DNA from: Cenococcum geophilum
Taxonomy: Eukaryota
Assembly (NCBI GenBank): GCA_050273025.1
Contig: CP158635.1
Coordinates: 6,758,001-6,822,000 of the forward strand
Direction: 5' to 3'
DNA length: 64,000 bases
Below, piece after piece: positions 40,201 through 51,906 of the stretch. The notes below the pieces were generated by a model that did not search any database, was not told where the DNA came from, and saw only the letters and a program-made list of their open reading frames with translations. The stretch's first letter is position 1, and each line of letters opens with the position of its first letter. The translations under genes and the position numbers were made by a program.

Positions 40201-42278
40201 GACGTAGAGATACCAGTTATAAATATAGTAGAGGACCTACCGTTACTGGTAGTAAGTACCTATAGAGACCCTCTAGTGCTAGCGCAGATTACCTATATAT
40301 AAGGGGGAGGTAATTAAAACCCTAAAACTATTAAGTATACTACAGCAGAGCTATATATACTCTTAGTATAAGCATACCTACAAAACACATATCGGCTGCA
40401 CCCTTTTCTTTACTAGCTCCCGGAAGCACACTACTATATAATAGTTACTTTAACCTCTATAGCCCCTAGCCTACTAGATATATATAAGGAGGAAATTAAT
40501 ATCTTTTCTAATAAGCTAGCAAGTATGCTACCGTAGAACTCTAAGTACAACTATAATCAACTTAAAAGAAGGCAAGACGCCACCGTAAATGCCCCTCTAT
40601 AACCTCTTATAGAAAGAGTTACAGATCTTATAAAAGTACCTAGACAGTGCTCTTAAAAAGGGCTAGATTAGGCCTAGTAAGTCGCCTACTAGAGCACCTA
40701 TCCTCTTTATACCGAAAGCACACGGTATAATACGACTATACGTTGACTATAAACGCCTAAATAAGATCACAATTAAAAATCGGTACCCCCTACCGCTAGT
40801 TAGCGAACTCTTTAATAGGCTTAGCTATATAAAGATATTTATAAAGCTAGATCTTTATAATACGTACTATAGGATTTGCATTAAAAAAGGAGATAAATAG
40901 AAGACCGTATTTAAGACACGCTACGGTCACTTTAAGTACCTAGTAATGCCCTTTAGTCTTACTAACGCCCCTATAACTTTCTAGAGCTATATTTATAAAG
41001 CTCTAGAAACCCTAGTAGATACTATCTATATAGTCTACCTAGATAATATTCTTATCTACTTAAATAATAAGAATAAGCACGTTAAGCACGTTAAGTAGGT
41101 ACTACGACAGCTTTGTACTTAGGGCCTATACGCCAAACTATTAAAATGTATTTTTTATACTAAAAACGTTAAGCTCCTAGGCTTTATTATTACCCCTAGG
41201 GGTATTGTAATAGACCCTAACTATATAAAAGCTATTAAGGAATGGCCTAAGCCTAAGTCTTATAGGGACATCTAGGTCTTCCTTAACTTTACTAACTTCT
41301 ATAGGCGATTTATCTAGAACTACTTAGATATCGTATACCCCCTACATATATATCTTATATAGGCATATTATAACCTAACGTTAAATAGGAAGAAAAAGTA
41401 GAAGCGTAAGTTAAAAGGGCCTACTAAATAGTATTAACCTTAGTCCTAGCCTAATAACGCGCAGTAGGCGTTTTATAAGCTACGCGCTATATTTATATAG
41501 GCTCCTCTACTTCGCCACTTTAACCCTAATCTACCCCTAATAGTAATTACTAACGCTTCTAATTATACCTATAGCGGTATACTTCTATAGCCTTTAGGGT
41601 AAGGAGATTAACTTTACTAGTACCCAATTACTTATTATAGTTAAAAGCTTACTAGCCTAGAAGTATGGTATAATACATATAATAAAGAACTACTCGCTAT
41701 AGTATAATGCTTTAAGACGTAGCGCTATTACCTTAAACACGCCGCGTAAATAACGCGTATACTCTATAATTATAATAATCTTAAGTACTTTATAACCACT
41801 AAGAGCTTATCTACTTGCTAGGCCCGATACGCTAAGAAACTAACTAAGTTTAATTTTAAGATTAAATATAAGCTAGGTAAAGTAAATCCCGTTAATATAC
41901 TATTCTAGCGCCCGGATTATGCTAAAGGCTTTAAAGATAGTAGTAAGAGGATAATCCTTAATGTTATACTACCTATATTATAGCAAAAGTTGCAGGTTAT
42001 AGGCCTTGTGGGCAGCCTTAGTGCTACTATACTAAACTAGCGAGTAGCATGCGTGTAGTATATAAGCGACCCTTGCGAACTTAGCGCCGGCGAACTAAAG
42101 CGTCCTACTATTCTCTTTAAGACTACTTTAACTGGCCTAATAGCGCTTAACCCTAGGGAAGACCCCTTAGCCTAGGCTATAGTCCCCCGCGATAACCTAG
42201 TAAGTCACCTATATATTATATATTACTTTACTAGCACTAACTTTATATAGAGTCTTATGCCATAGCAGGAGGTAATAG

Positions 42279-42540
42279 TGTGGGAGGGTACGACCACTCT
42301 CAGATAGGAAAGTCACAGTGCTGTCTGTCTGTCGGTCGGTCGGTCGGTCGGTCAGTCGGTCGGTCGGTCAGTCAGTCGTAATCAATCAGTAGGAAAGCAG
42401 TCAGTAAGAAGAAAGGAAAGAATGTATTCCCGGTCGGTCGTGATATGTATATAATAGAGGGAAGAAGGAAGGAAGCCGAAGGCTCTATAAATATAGGGAA
42501 ATGCCAAGACAGTAGGCGACGTCCAATCTACACCACGACA
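42279..42540. mobile_element. Solo LTR-like insertion (262 bp, TG...CA), TSD ATAG, nearly free of RIP, with a (GTCG/GTCA)n tract
   Basis: atag|tgtgggaggg...caccacgaca|atag. Removing it restores the Gypsy C pol frame (QEVIVATLAET). Confidence 0.85.
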
Positions 42541-45010
42541 ATAGTAGCTACTTTAGCCGAAACGACGTTTATGGAACACCCCCCTAAGTCACTAGTTAAT
42601 TTTATTTATAGAGTATAAAAAAGGGACGCCTTTATACGCTCTATATATAATTAGTTAACCTAAAAATAAGTTCCTACTAGTAATAAGGACTATACCCTTA
42701 ATAATTAAGGACTTCTAAGGTAAAATAATAAGGTCTAGGTACTAAATTATATACTATTATAATAGGAGATCCTTAAGCGGAATCATGACGATCCTATAGG
42801 CGGCCACTATAGTTTTAACAGTACTTTTAAGGTAATTATATAGAAGTATACTTAGAACGGCCTTACCTAGAACCTCCGCAAATACCTAGATAATTATAAT
42901 ACCTACTAACACTCTAAATCGCGCCGCTATAAACCCTATAGTAAGCTGCAGCCTCTTTAGATCCCTACCCAAGCCTAGCAGCATTATTTACTTAACTTTA
43001 TTATAGATTTCCCAGAGTCTAAGACTTCTAATAGCGTAGAGTATAACTCTATCCTTATCCTTATAGACCGTTTTATAAAGCTAGTACGCTACTATTTAGT
43101 GCGTAAGATAATTAATGCTATATAACTTGTAGAACTCTTATTTAGAGTCTTTACGTAAATAGGGCTTTTAGATAATATTATTTTTAATAGGGGTAGTATA
43201 TTTATAAGCGAGTACTAGAGCACTATATACTACTATCTCCGCGTTTAACATAAACTTAGTACCGCATTCCACCTATAGATAAATAGTTAGATGGAGCATT
43301 AGAACTAGGAGCTTAAGGTATACCTACGCATATTTACAAACTAGGAATAGTCTAATTAGGCCTCCCTACTTAAAGAAGCGGCCTTTACCTACAACTCTAA
43401 GGTCCATACTATAACGAAGCGTTCCCCTATTAAGCTCGCCTATAGCTAACTACTAAACATCCCAGACAGAGTCCTAAATGGCGTCTAAGATGCCTAATAA
43501 GGTAAGGAGGAGTCTAAGTTAATAAATATTAAACTTATAGAGACGCATCTATAACGCCTGCGCCTTATATATAAGGTAGCGGCGGCATCGATAATATACG
43601 CCTAATAGCTTTAGGTAAAATACTAGAATCGTCACTATCTGGCCAAGCATTTCGCCGTTAGTAAACGAGTCCTGCTCTCCTCCAAGAATATCCACACAAA
43701 ACGTCCCTATAAAAAGCTTAACTATAAGTTTATAGGACCGTTTTAGATCCTAAAGCGTATAGGGCAGTAAGTATATAAGCTAGAGCTCCCACCTACTATA
43801 GCACGGCTCCACCTAGTCTTTTATATCTCCCTACTAAAGCCTTATAGGTCACGCCCTAGGTTTTAACCCCCGGTAGTAAAAGAGCTTAAGGAAGGCAGCT
43901 GGGAAATAAAAGCAATTACCGCCCACTAGAATTATGCTAGATAACCATAGTACCTTATTAAATAGCTAGGATAGCTAAATAAGTATAATAAATAGAAATA
44001 TAAGATAGAACTTAAGAATTGTTAATAACTACTGGATAAGTACCGTAAGTAGAATACCCTAGCCTTATAGCCGAAGCGTAGGCGAAAAGTAAGCGCCGCT
44101 ATTAAAATATAACCTATATTAAAGCGGAGCAGAGGACGTCCTAAGGGATTAAAGAACAAGTAATAATTGCTATAAGAACTGCGGCGTATATACAGGATAA
44201 ACTTTTAATTTATTAATATCCTATATAAGCCACACTCTAACGTAACCTAGTAATACTAGTGACTTATAGGTAAGGCTATAGCGTATACTAGCAATAAAGC
44301 TTAATTTAAAAAGCACTCTTTCTAAACCTAGTCTATTACTCTATACTAGTTAAGCAGATTATTTATATATTAAAAAATAGGCCTATTTATAACTGGGGTC
44401 TATTTAACTGGGGTCTATAACCTACTAGTAACCCGCTAGTAGTAACCTGTACTAAGAACTTATACTATTCCACGTATATGCTATATAAATAACGCGTAAG
44501 GCTAAAGTATAGGTTAGCGGCGGATTTAATAGGTATATAGCCTCACCATCTATAAATCTGGCTATATATAAATAACCTACAACTAACCTACGAGGTACTA
44601 ACGACCTACCTATATAAGTAAGCTTTTAGAATATTTCTAGTCTACCAAATTTAGGCAATAGTATTAAGCTCCACTAGCTCTACCTATTAAATGGACTAAT
44701 TAGGATTTTCTATACTAGGTATATAAAATCGCTACTAGCTTAGTTAAATGCGGGGGAGTCTTAGTAAGGTAAATTTAACTAATTAGATAACTTTAACCGC
44801 TGGTCAAAGTTCCTTAACATCTTCGCGCCACGTATGTATACTACCTATCTCTCTATACACAAAATTAAGACGCTCTTTCCCCTCTAAATTTTTTCCTTAC
44901 TAAGGTTTTTTATGGGGTTTTATTAAGGCTTAAGTATATAAAGAATTGGGGACGACCATTTTTAAAGGGGGGGGGGCATTATTAGGTAAAACCTAAGTAG
45001 ATAATTATAT

Positions 45011-45309
45011 CCCATGCAACGCTGCTTCGCGTCCAACGGTTATCGATAAGGATCAGCTAATCAAATCGTTAGGATCAATGAGCCGTAATAAGATATTTAA
45101 GGCTTTTGATATATATATAAAACGCTATAAGAGCTTAATTTTTGGTGGAGAGTTGTGTAATATGTGAGCCCTAGCACTCGTCCTTCCTACAGAATGGAAT
45201 TCTATAGACGCTACAGCCAAACAAGGTTCTTCCACAGACGCGTCTGCGAACATTTGAAAATGGTGTTCGCGCACGGACCAACTCTCGTTGGACGCCAGCG
45301 TTGCATGGG
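45011..45309. mobile_element. Non-autonomous TIR element (MITE), CCC...GGG termini, ~24-bp TIRs, 2-bp AT TSD
   Basis: cccatgcaacgctg(cttc)gcgtccaacg ... cgttggacgccagcgttgcatggg. The empty site is visible in the 5' LTR (ttatatagcc at ~38159). Confidence 0.9.
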
Positions 45310-47968
45310 ATAGCCATAAGGTACGGGCGACCCTAGGGCAACCTAGGGGTAACTTGCCCATAAAGCACGTGCTCTGCATATACCTAGGGAAAACCCTTGC
45401 TACCTCGCATACAGACTCCTCCTTTTCCCTTAAGGATTCGTCTCTATCTATATAATATACCTATTGTTCTATTATTAGACTCCTTATCTACATCCTCACC
45501 TCATAATAAAAGGCAGCCTTTAGGTTAAAGGAAGGACTATATAAACTATTAGTTATATAATTCGGACTTATAAATACACTAGTAATGTTCTAAAAGCGAA
45601 TTAATAATATATTAGGAGAATACTTAGATAAGTTTATTATAGTATACCTTAATAATAATAATATCTACTTAATAACTAAGGAAAAATACGGAGAATACGT
45701 TAGATAGGTTTTAAAAAGACTATAAAAAGAATAGATGCTAGTAGCAATTAAGAAATACGAGTTCTTTATAAGGAAGACAGATTTCGTTAAATTTATTATT
45801 AAATTAGGCTATATTAGTATAGACCTAAAGAAAATAGAAGCAATAGTAAGTTAGTAGGAACTAGAGAATATAATATAATTAAGGTTATTCTTAGGGGTTT
45901 GCAACTACTATAGAAGGTTTATAGTATAATAGTTAAAGAATATTAAACTATTTATAAGGCTTATAAAGAAAGAAGAACTATAGATATAGGGAGATAAGTA
46001 AAGAAAGTTGTTTAGGGAACTTAAGGAGTTATTTACCTAGGAACTAATCCTTAAAATTTACTAATTAGGGTTAGAAATAATTATGGAAATAGGTAAATTA
46101 GACTTTATACTATAAGTATATTTATTATAGAAGTATAAGAATATATAGCATCTAGTAACATACTATAATAGAAAGATAACACTATTAGAGTTAAACCATA
46201 ATATCTATAATAAGGAGTTATTAAGTATAGTTATAGTAGTTTAAAAAAATAAAGAGCATTCTTATAAGGTATAGAGAAACTATTTATAGTTAAAACGGAT
46301 TATAAAAACCTAATAGGATTCCTAATAATAAAAAGAACTTAATTAGAGATAGGTTAAATAGGTAAATATACTTATAGAATACTATTTTAAGATTTAGTAT
46401 ACTAAAGGGATAGAGAATACGAGGGCTAATATATTAAGTAGGAAAGCTAAACTATAAAACAATAAGAAACTATTAGGGGCGATACTATATAAAGACGAAG
46501 ATAGATTAATTAGGTATAACTATTTAAAGATTACTATAACCTTAGAATATAATTTACTAGAAAGTAATTAGGTAAAAAAAATATAAGAAATATAAAAGGA
46601 GGATTTAAACTTAGAGTAGTATAGGAATAAGGAAGTAACGTATATACTAAGAAGTATTATAAAAGAATTTATTAGAGAGTTCTATAGAGGAATAATATAG
46701 GGATATAATAGGGCCTAAGGTCTAGTATTAAGACTCTAAAAAGAGTATATTATTAATAGAATTTAAGGCTTAGTAAGAGAAGTTATAAAGGAATGCTTAG
46801 ATTGCTAAAGAAATAAGCTAATAAGGTATAAGCTATATAGGAAGCTATAGCCTATTAAAACACCAGAAAGACTATAGGAGGTTATATTATAAGACTTTAT
46901 TATAAAGTTGCTAAAATTAGAAAACCCTATTACTAAATAGGAGTATAATATAATCCTTATAATAGTAAACAAGTTAACTAAATAGGGCTACTTTATAGTA
47001 TATACAGAAGAAATCTTAGCAGAGAATATCGCTAGAATTTATATTAAAGAAGTGTTTATAAAATACGGAGTATTAAGTAAGATTATATTAGATAGAGATC
47101 TAAGATTTATAGCAGTATTTTAGGAGGTATTCTTAACGGAATAAGGGGTTTATATAGTAATATTAATAGTATACCGCCTATAGATAGACAGTTAAACGGA
47201 AAAATTATATTAGACGCTAGAATAGTATCTAAGACATTATATTAATTACGCGGAGAATAATTAGGTATTATTATTACTAGTTATATAGTTTATATATAAT
47301 GCGATACTATAGGAAGGCATAAAAATATTACTATTTTAGGCAAATTACAGGTATAAGCTTAGAATATTATTATTACTGTAATGGGCGAAGAAAATAAGTA
47401 GTATAACTAAGTAAAGGATAGAGATACTAATAAATCTTTATAAGGACCTCTATAGCACAGCCAACTTAGTATAAAAAAAGGATAAAAAGGTACTATAATG
47501 CTAAGAGACCTAAGGGACCAGATTTAAAGGAGGGGGATAAAGTGTAACTACTATATAATTTTTTTAAAAGCTAACAACTAAGTAAAAAAAATTAGACTAC
47601 GTTAGACTAGGACTATTTAAAATCGTAGCTAAGATTTTAGAAGTTATATATAGACTTAACTTACTAGTAAAAAAAAAAAATTCTATATAGTATATTATAA
47701 TACTAGAACTAGTATATGGAAATATTAAGCTACTAATTTATAAAGCAGACATATATAGAGAATAAGAGGAAGATAAATAGTAAGTTTTAAAGATTATTAG
47801 TTATAAGGATATTAATAATAAAATATAGTATAAAGTAAAGCAAATAGGCTATAACAAGACTACCTAGAAACTACTATAAAATCTAAAGAACGCTATAGAA
47901 AAGGTATAGAAGTATTAGAAGAGAACTGGTTAGGTAGTATTAAAAAGAAGCTAAAGATAAAAGGATTA

Positions 47969-50142
47969 AAACCTTTACCGGACATGCAACCTTACCAAAA
48001 GGTAGCGCAACACTTCAAAACTTACGCATACCCATCTTACCATCAAAAACAATTGATTTTTTAACTTTTAAGACTTAATTCCTACTGCCTAGCGAGCTAG
48101 AGGTGGATTTATTTGTCGTTTTACCCCCTTTCCCCCAACAGAAAATTCTTCTTAGGGGTGGTCCTAGCTTGTAAGCAAGGCACGGATAGGAACACCAAAA
48201 CTAAATACTAAAACCACGAAATATAGAGGCTAGATTTTCTACTACCTTTTAGCCTAATCTCCCTAGAAATCTTCTAGTAGGATTAGTAAGGAGAAAGGGT
48301 ATAAGGATAGTAAAAACTAGGAACCCTTATATAAGATACAAAATACTAAGGCCTAATAGGTCTAAAAAAAAAACCTCCTATAGAAATAAGTAATAAAGGT
48401 TCTACATCTACTTATTCTCCCCCTTCTCCTTCTCCTAGCCCAATTAAGGCAGGAGAAAAAAGAAGACATCCTTAGTCTTCTCCTAAAAAAGAAAACCAAA
48501 AACCTATAAAAAAGACAACAAAACCAATAACTACTACGGATAGTATAGATAATATACCCTCCTATTCCTTTTCTCTAGAACAACATCTAAGCTTCGCTTT
48601 GGAAAGCCTAACCTAGGCCTATAAAGGGCTAGAAGAAGAAGAAGAAGAAAGAGAAGAAATAAAAGAACAAGTTAAATAGCTAGTGTACTATACACAAAGT
48701 ATCCTATTAGGAGAAAATCCCTTTACACAAGAAAAAGAAGAAGAAAAAGAAAAAAAAAGAAAAAGAGAAGACAAACGATGTCCTAAAAGGACTAGTAGAA
48801 GAAGTAAGAGCTCTCCGTAAGGAGGTGGCTCCTATTAAAGAAACTTATACAAAGAGGCTAAAAAAGGACCTCCCTTCTTTATCCTCTATACCTTCCTTAT
48901 TATCGTCTACCCCTCCTTCTTCTAGTAGGGTAACTAGTAGCACGCCTAGCTCTAGCTCTACCTCTACTAGAAGTAAAAAAAAGCAGCTATAAAAAAGGAA
49001 GCTAGTCCTAATTACAGATAAAAAGGACTAATTCCTAGATATTCTTTATACGAAACAAAGTCAATTAACTATTTACATTAAAACTGCAAGTAAAAAAGCC
49101 AGTACTAGCGTCTATAGCTAGAACTAAAGGAAAATAAAAGATTCTCCTTATAACTATAGAAGAGTATAATACAGATTTCCTAGTTAAATATAAGGAGATC
49201 TGGCATAACTGCTTTACCTTTTAAAGAGAACAAAAATTAGAACTATGGGTTTAAATTATAGCCTATAGGGTTCCTACCCTACCTTTCCTAGGAGAAGGAG
49301 GCTCTAAGCTTCTAAAAGAAGAAATTAAGACCTTTAATCCTATAAGGATATAAGGACTACCTAGATAGATCTTATCTAGCGAAAAAAGATATAATCTACA
49401 GACCAGATTTGGCTCTATAGTTTTTATTATAAAGAATAAAGAAAAAAGACAAGAAATCCTTAAGTAAAAAGAGATATTAATTGCAGGTACAGCTACTAAG
49501 GTAGTAAAATACCTCAAAGTCTCTCCTACTACACAATATACTAGCTACTAAAAATTTAGCCATATAGGAGATAGATGCTCTACTAGAGCCTGTAGATTTT
49601 GTACAGCTATATATTTATCTAAAGACCACTCCTGTTCTACCTATATAATAATAGGCAAGCCCTATAAGCATACTACCCCTCTTTGCATTAACTGTAAAGA
49701 AAACCACTTTATAAATAGTAAAGATTACAAGGTTCTAAAAGTAGCTAAGCTAGTAGATAATACTAGCTTAGAAGGTTCTATAGAAGAATAAAACAAAATA
49801 AATAGGATTTTAGAAGGAGGTAACTCCTACTAGGCTTTTAGTAAAAAGATATTAGAGAGCAAAAGGATAGAAATAAATTGCAAAAGGACAGGGATAGGTG
49901 TTAGGATTTCCTATAGTTTTTCCTACCGTTTTCTTATTCCCTAGTAGTCGCAGTACCTTAGTGTTTTATTAAGGAACTATAAACCCTTAGGGGTTTATAA
50001 ACTACTAGGACATAGCTACTAGTACATATTAAGCTGTTTAGAAAGGATTTATGTATATAGAACTATAGCGCCATAGCCTAGAGGCTGCATGCGCAGTATT
50101 ATACGTAGTATAATACAATCGGATATAAAAAATATAAAAAAA
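47969..50142 (+). mobile_element. Non-autonomous LINE derivative encoding only a Tad1-like ORF1 (~48223-49791), A-rich tail, 12-bp TSD ATAAAAGGATTA
   Basis: The TSD copies are at 47957-47968 and 50143-50154. ORF1 ends in CCHC knuckles (..KFSHIGDRC..ACRFC..LCINCKENHF..). No endonuclease or RT lies between the ORF1 stop and the tail. Confidence 0.85.
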
Positions 50143-50892
50143 ATAAAAGGATTAGTTAAAGGTAATAGATAAGCCGGATAATTTAAGAAATCCACCACTA
50201 GCGTATAAGTTATTTCCGCCTCTTCTTAATTAGAATCCTTTTTAGCCTTTTTAGCAAGTTTCTATTCCTTTAAGCGTACCTTTTTACAAACTTTCTTAAG
50301 ACGGGTTAGTTAAGTATAAGCGATCTATTAAGCCTTAAATATCCTCTGCTCTTTAGTATAGATCTACTCCCTATTACTTTAGAGCTTTTATACCTTAGCT
50401 AAGGCTAAGGCTAGCTTACCCTTAAGGTAGGACGCCTTAGATTAAACATAAAACCCTATACTAAATTAGATAAGGTATTAGAGAATTATAAAGAATTATA
50501 AGACGCGTATACTTAGCGTTAAAGATAAATTAAATGTTATAGAATAACTATATATTCGCTTGCGTATACTTAGTATAGAAAAAAGGTTAATAACTAGATA
50601 GAGCCGTAATTATAATATATACTAGCTTCTTCTTCATATAATAAAAATAGGACGGTATAACTTTACTAAATAAAAAAAACCATAGTTACTAGCTAATTAT
50701 AATAATTAGATATAGAGAATCTAATAGAAGGTATTAAAAATAATAAAGGTTATTAAATTAAGAATGGGAATACTATACCTCTAATAAACAACTTAGAGAT
50801 AGGAGAAATCTTTAAGGACAAAGATAAAGTGGAAGGGGGTAGTGTTATAGACCTTATATTAGCAGTAATAGTACTATTAAGGAGAGATATAA

Positions 50893-51906
50893 TAATAATA
50901 ATTCTTCTTTAATTAACGTCTGATACAGATACTATCTAGCCCCACGCAGACTACTCCGTATATAAGGGAAAAGTAATATTAATAGGAAAAAACCCTTGCT
51001 GCTAGGGGGAAGGAAAAACCCTATAAGCCACCTTAGTAGGATAAAAAACCCCGTTTGCTATATCCGCACATAGCAGCGGCCCTATAGGCCTACAGCTATG
51101 TCCTATCCTCTTTAGATATTTAAACTCCTTAGAAACCACTGCTTCCTTCTTTAGCTTATCCAAGCTAGGGTTTACTACGTCCCAGCTAGGCCTTACCACT
51201 TAATTGCTGTGTCTTGCTATTGTCTCCTATATCTTAGCCATCCCTTATATGCTATCTCTTATTTAACTATTGCCATATACGCCATACCTCCCCCCCCCTA
51301 GGGCCTATTAAAGGCGTAAGGGGGATTTATTTGTTCTAACTACCATAATACTAATAAGTAAGCGGGATATTGTATATTTAGGTATCTTTTATACCTAGGC
51401 CCCAGCTAGGCCCTTTCTAAGGGTTACCACTCCGTTAAAAGAAGATAGGGAAAACCGTAGGTTGCAATCTAGGCTGCTAGGTAGTATTTGGTAGAAAAAA
51501 CAGCGAATAACCGCATGCTCCGCGGGCGATCGCCCTGGGGGTTAGGAGGGGCCGTATATTTGCTCGTTGCTCGTTCACTCGCAATCGCTCGTCTATCAAT
51601 ATAAGAGGTCGTTAATGCTTTCTATTAGGGGTCGGGGGATGCTATCAAATGCCGTTTATCCACGTTGGATCGTATAGGTGCCTTAATAGGAGAATAGCGT
51701 AGCTAAATTGTAGAGGGCCACAGTAGTGGTTTTTAAGATCTCACTATCTGAAAATTTTTCACCACCGCCTATAACGCTCACAACCACGACCACTAGGTCC
51801 TATCGCACGCTATATAACGTCTCTGCGTTAGCTCTAAGTCTAAACTTTAAAGACCTAGGTTCGTAGCCGTCACCATATATAGGTGCAGAGTCCGTTTTCG
51901 ACGGCC
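50893..51906 (-). mobile_element. ~1.0-kb non-autonomous non-LTR retroposon (SINE-like) with a 5' ribozyme, an (ATT)n tail and a 15-bp TSD TAAGGAGAGATATAA
   Basis: The TSD copies are at 50878-50892 and 51907-51921. The 3' end reads ggagtagtctgcgtgggg..gacgttaa..gaattattattatt. It is inserted in the Gypsy A 3' LTR. Confidence 0.9.
51821..51906 (-). ncRNA. HDV-like self-cleaving ribozyme (partly RIP-damaged)
   Basis: P1 GGCCGTC/GACGGCT with a G1-U wobble, P2 CTCTGC/GCAGAG, P3 ACC/GGT with a 7-nt L3, P4 CTAGGTCT/AGACTTAG, and J4/2 GCTAAC with the catalytic-position C at 51831. It begins exactly at the element's 5' end. Confidence 0.8.

Larger units (their letters stand above)
38134..45505 (+). 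mobile_element. Gypsy C: full-length Ty3/Gypsy chromovirus, 225-bp LTRs (38134-38358; 44980-45505 including a MITE insert), TSD ATAAA
   Basis: It interrupts the Gypsy A RT at GD[E]W/KAAF. The gag ATG is at ~38412. RT (FKTRYGHFKYLVMPF, VYLDNILIY), RNase H, integrase, chromodomain and an RGRPK AT-hook follow, with a G-run PPT before 44980. Confidence 0.95.

Noticed and set aside
47969..48200. 5' ribozyme on the half-LINE
   Set aside because: No P1/P2/P3 nested pairing was found by eye.
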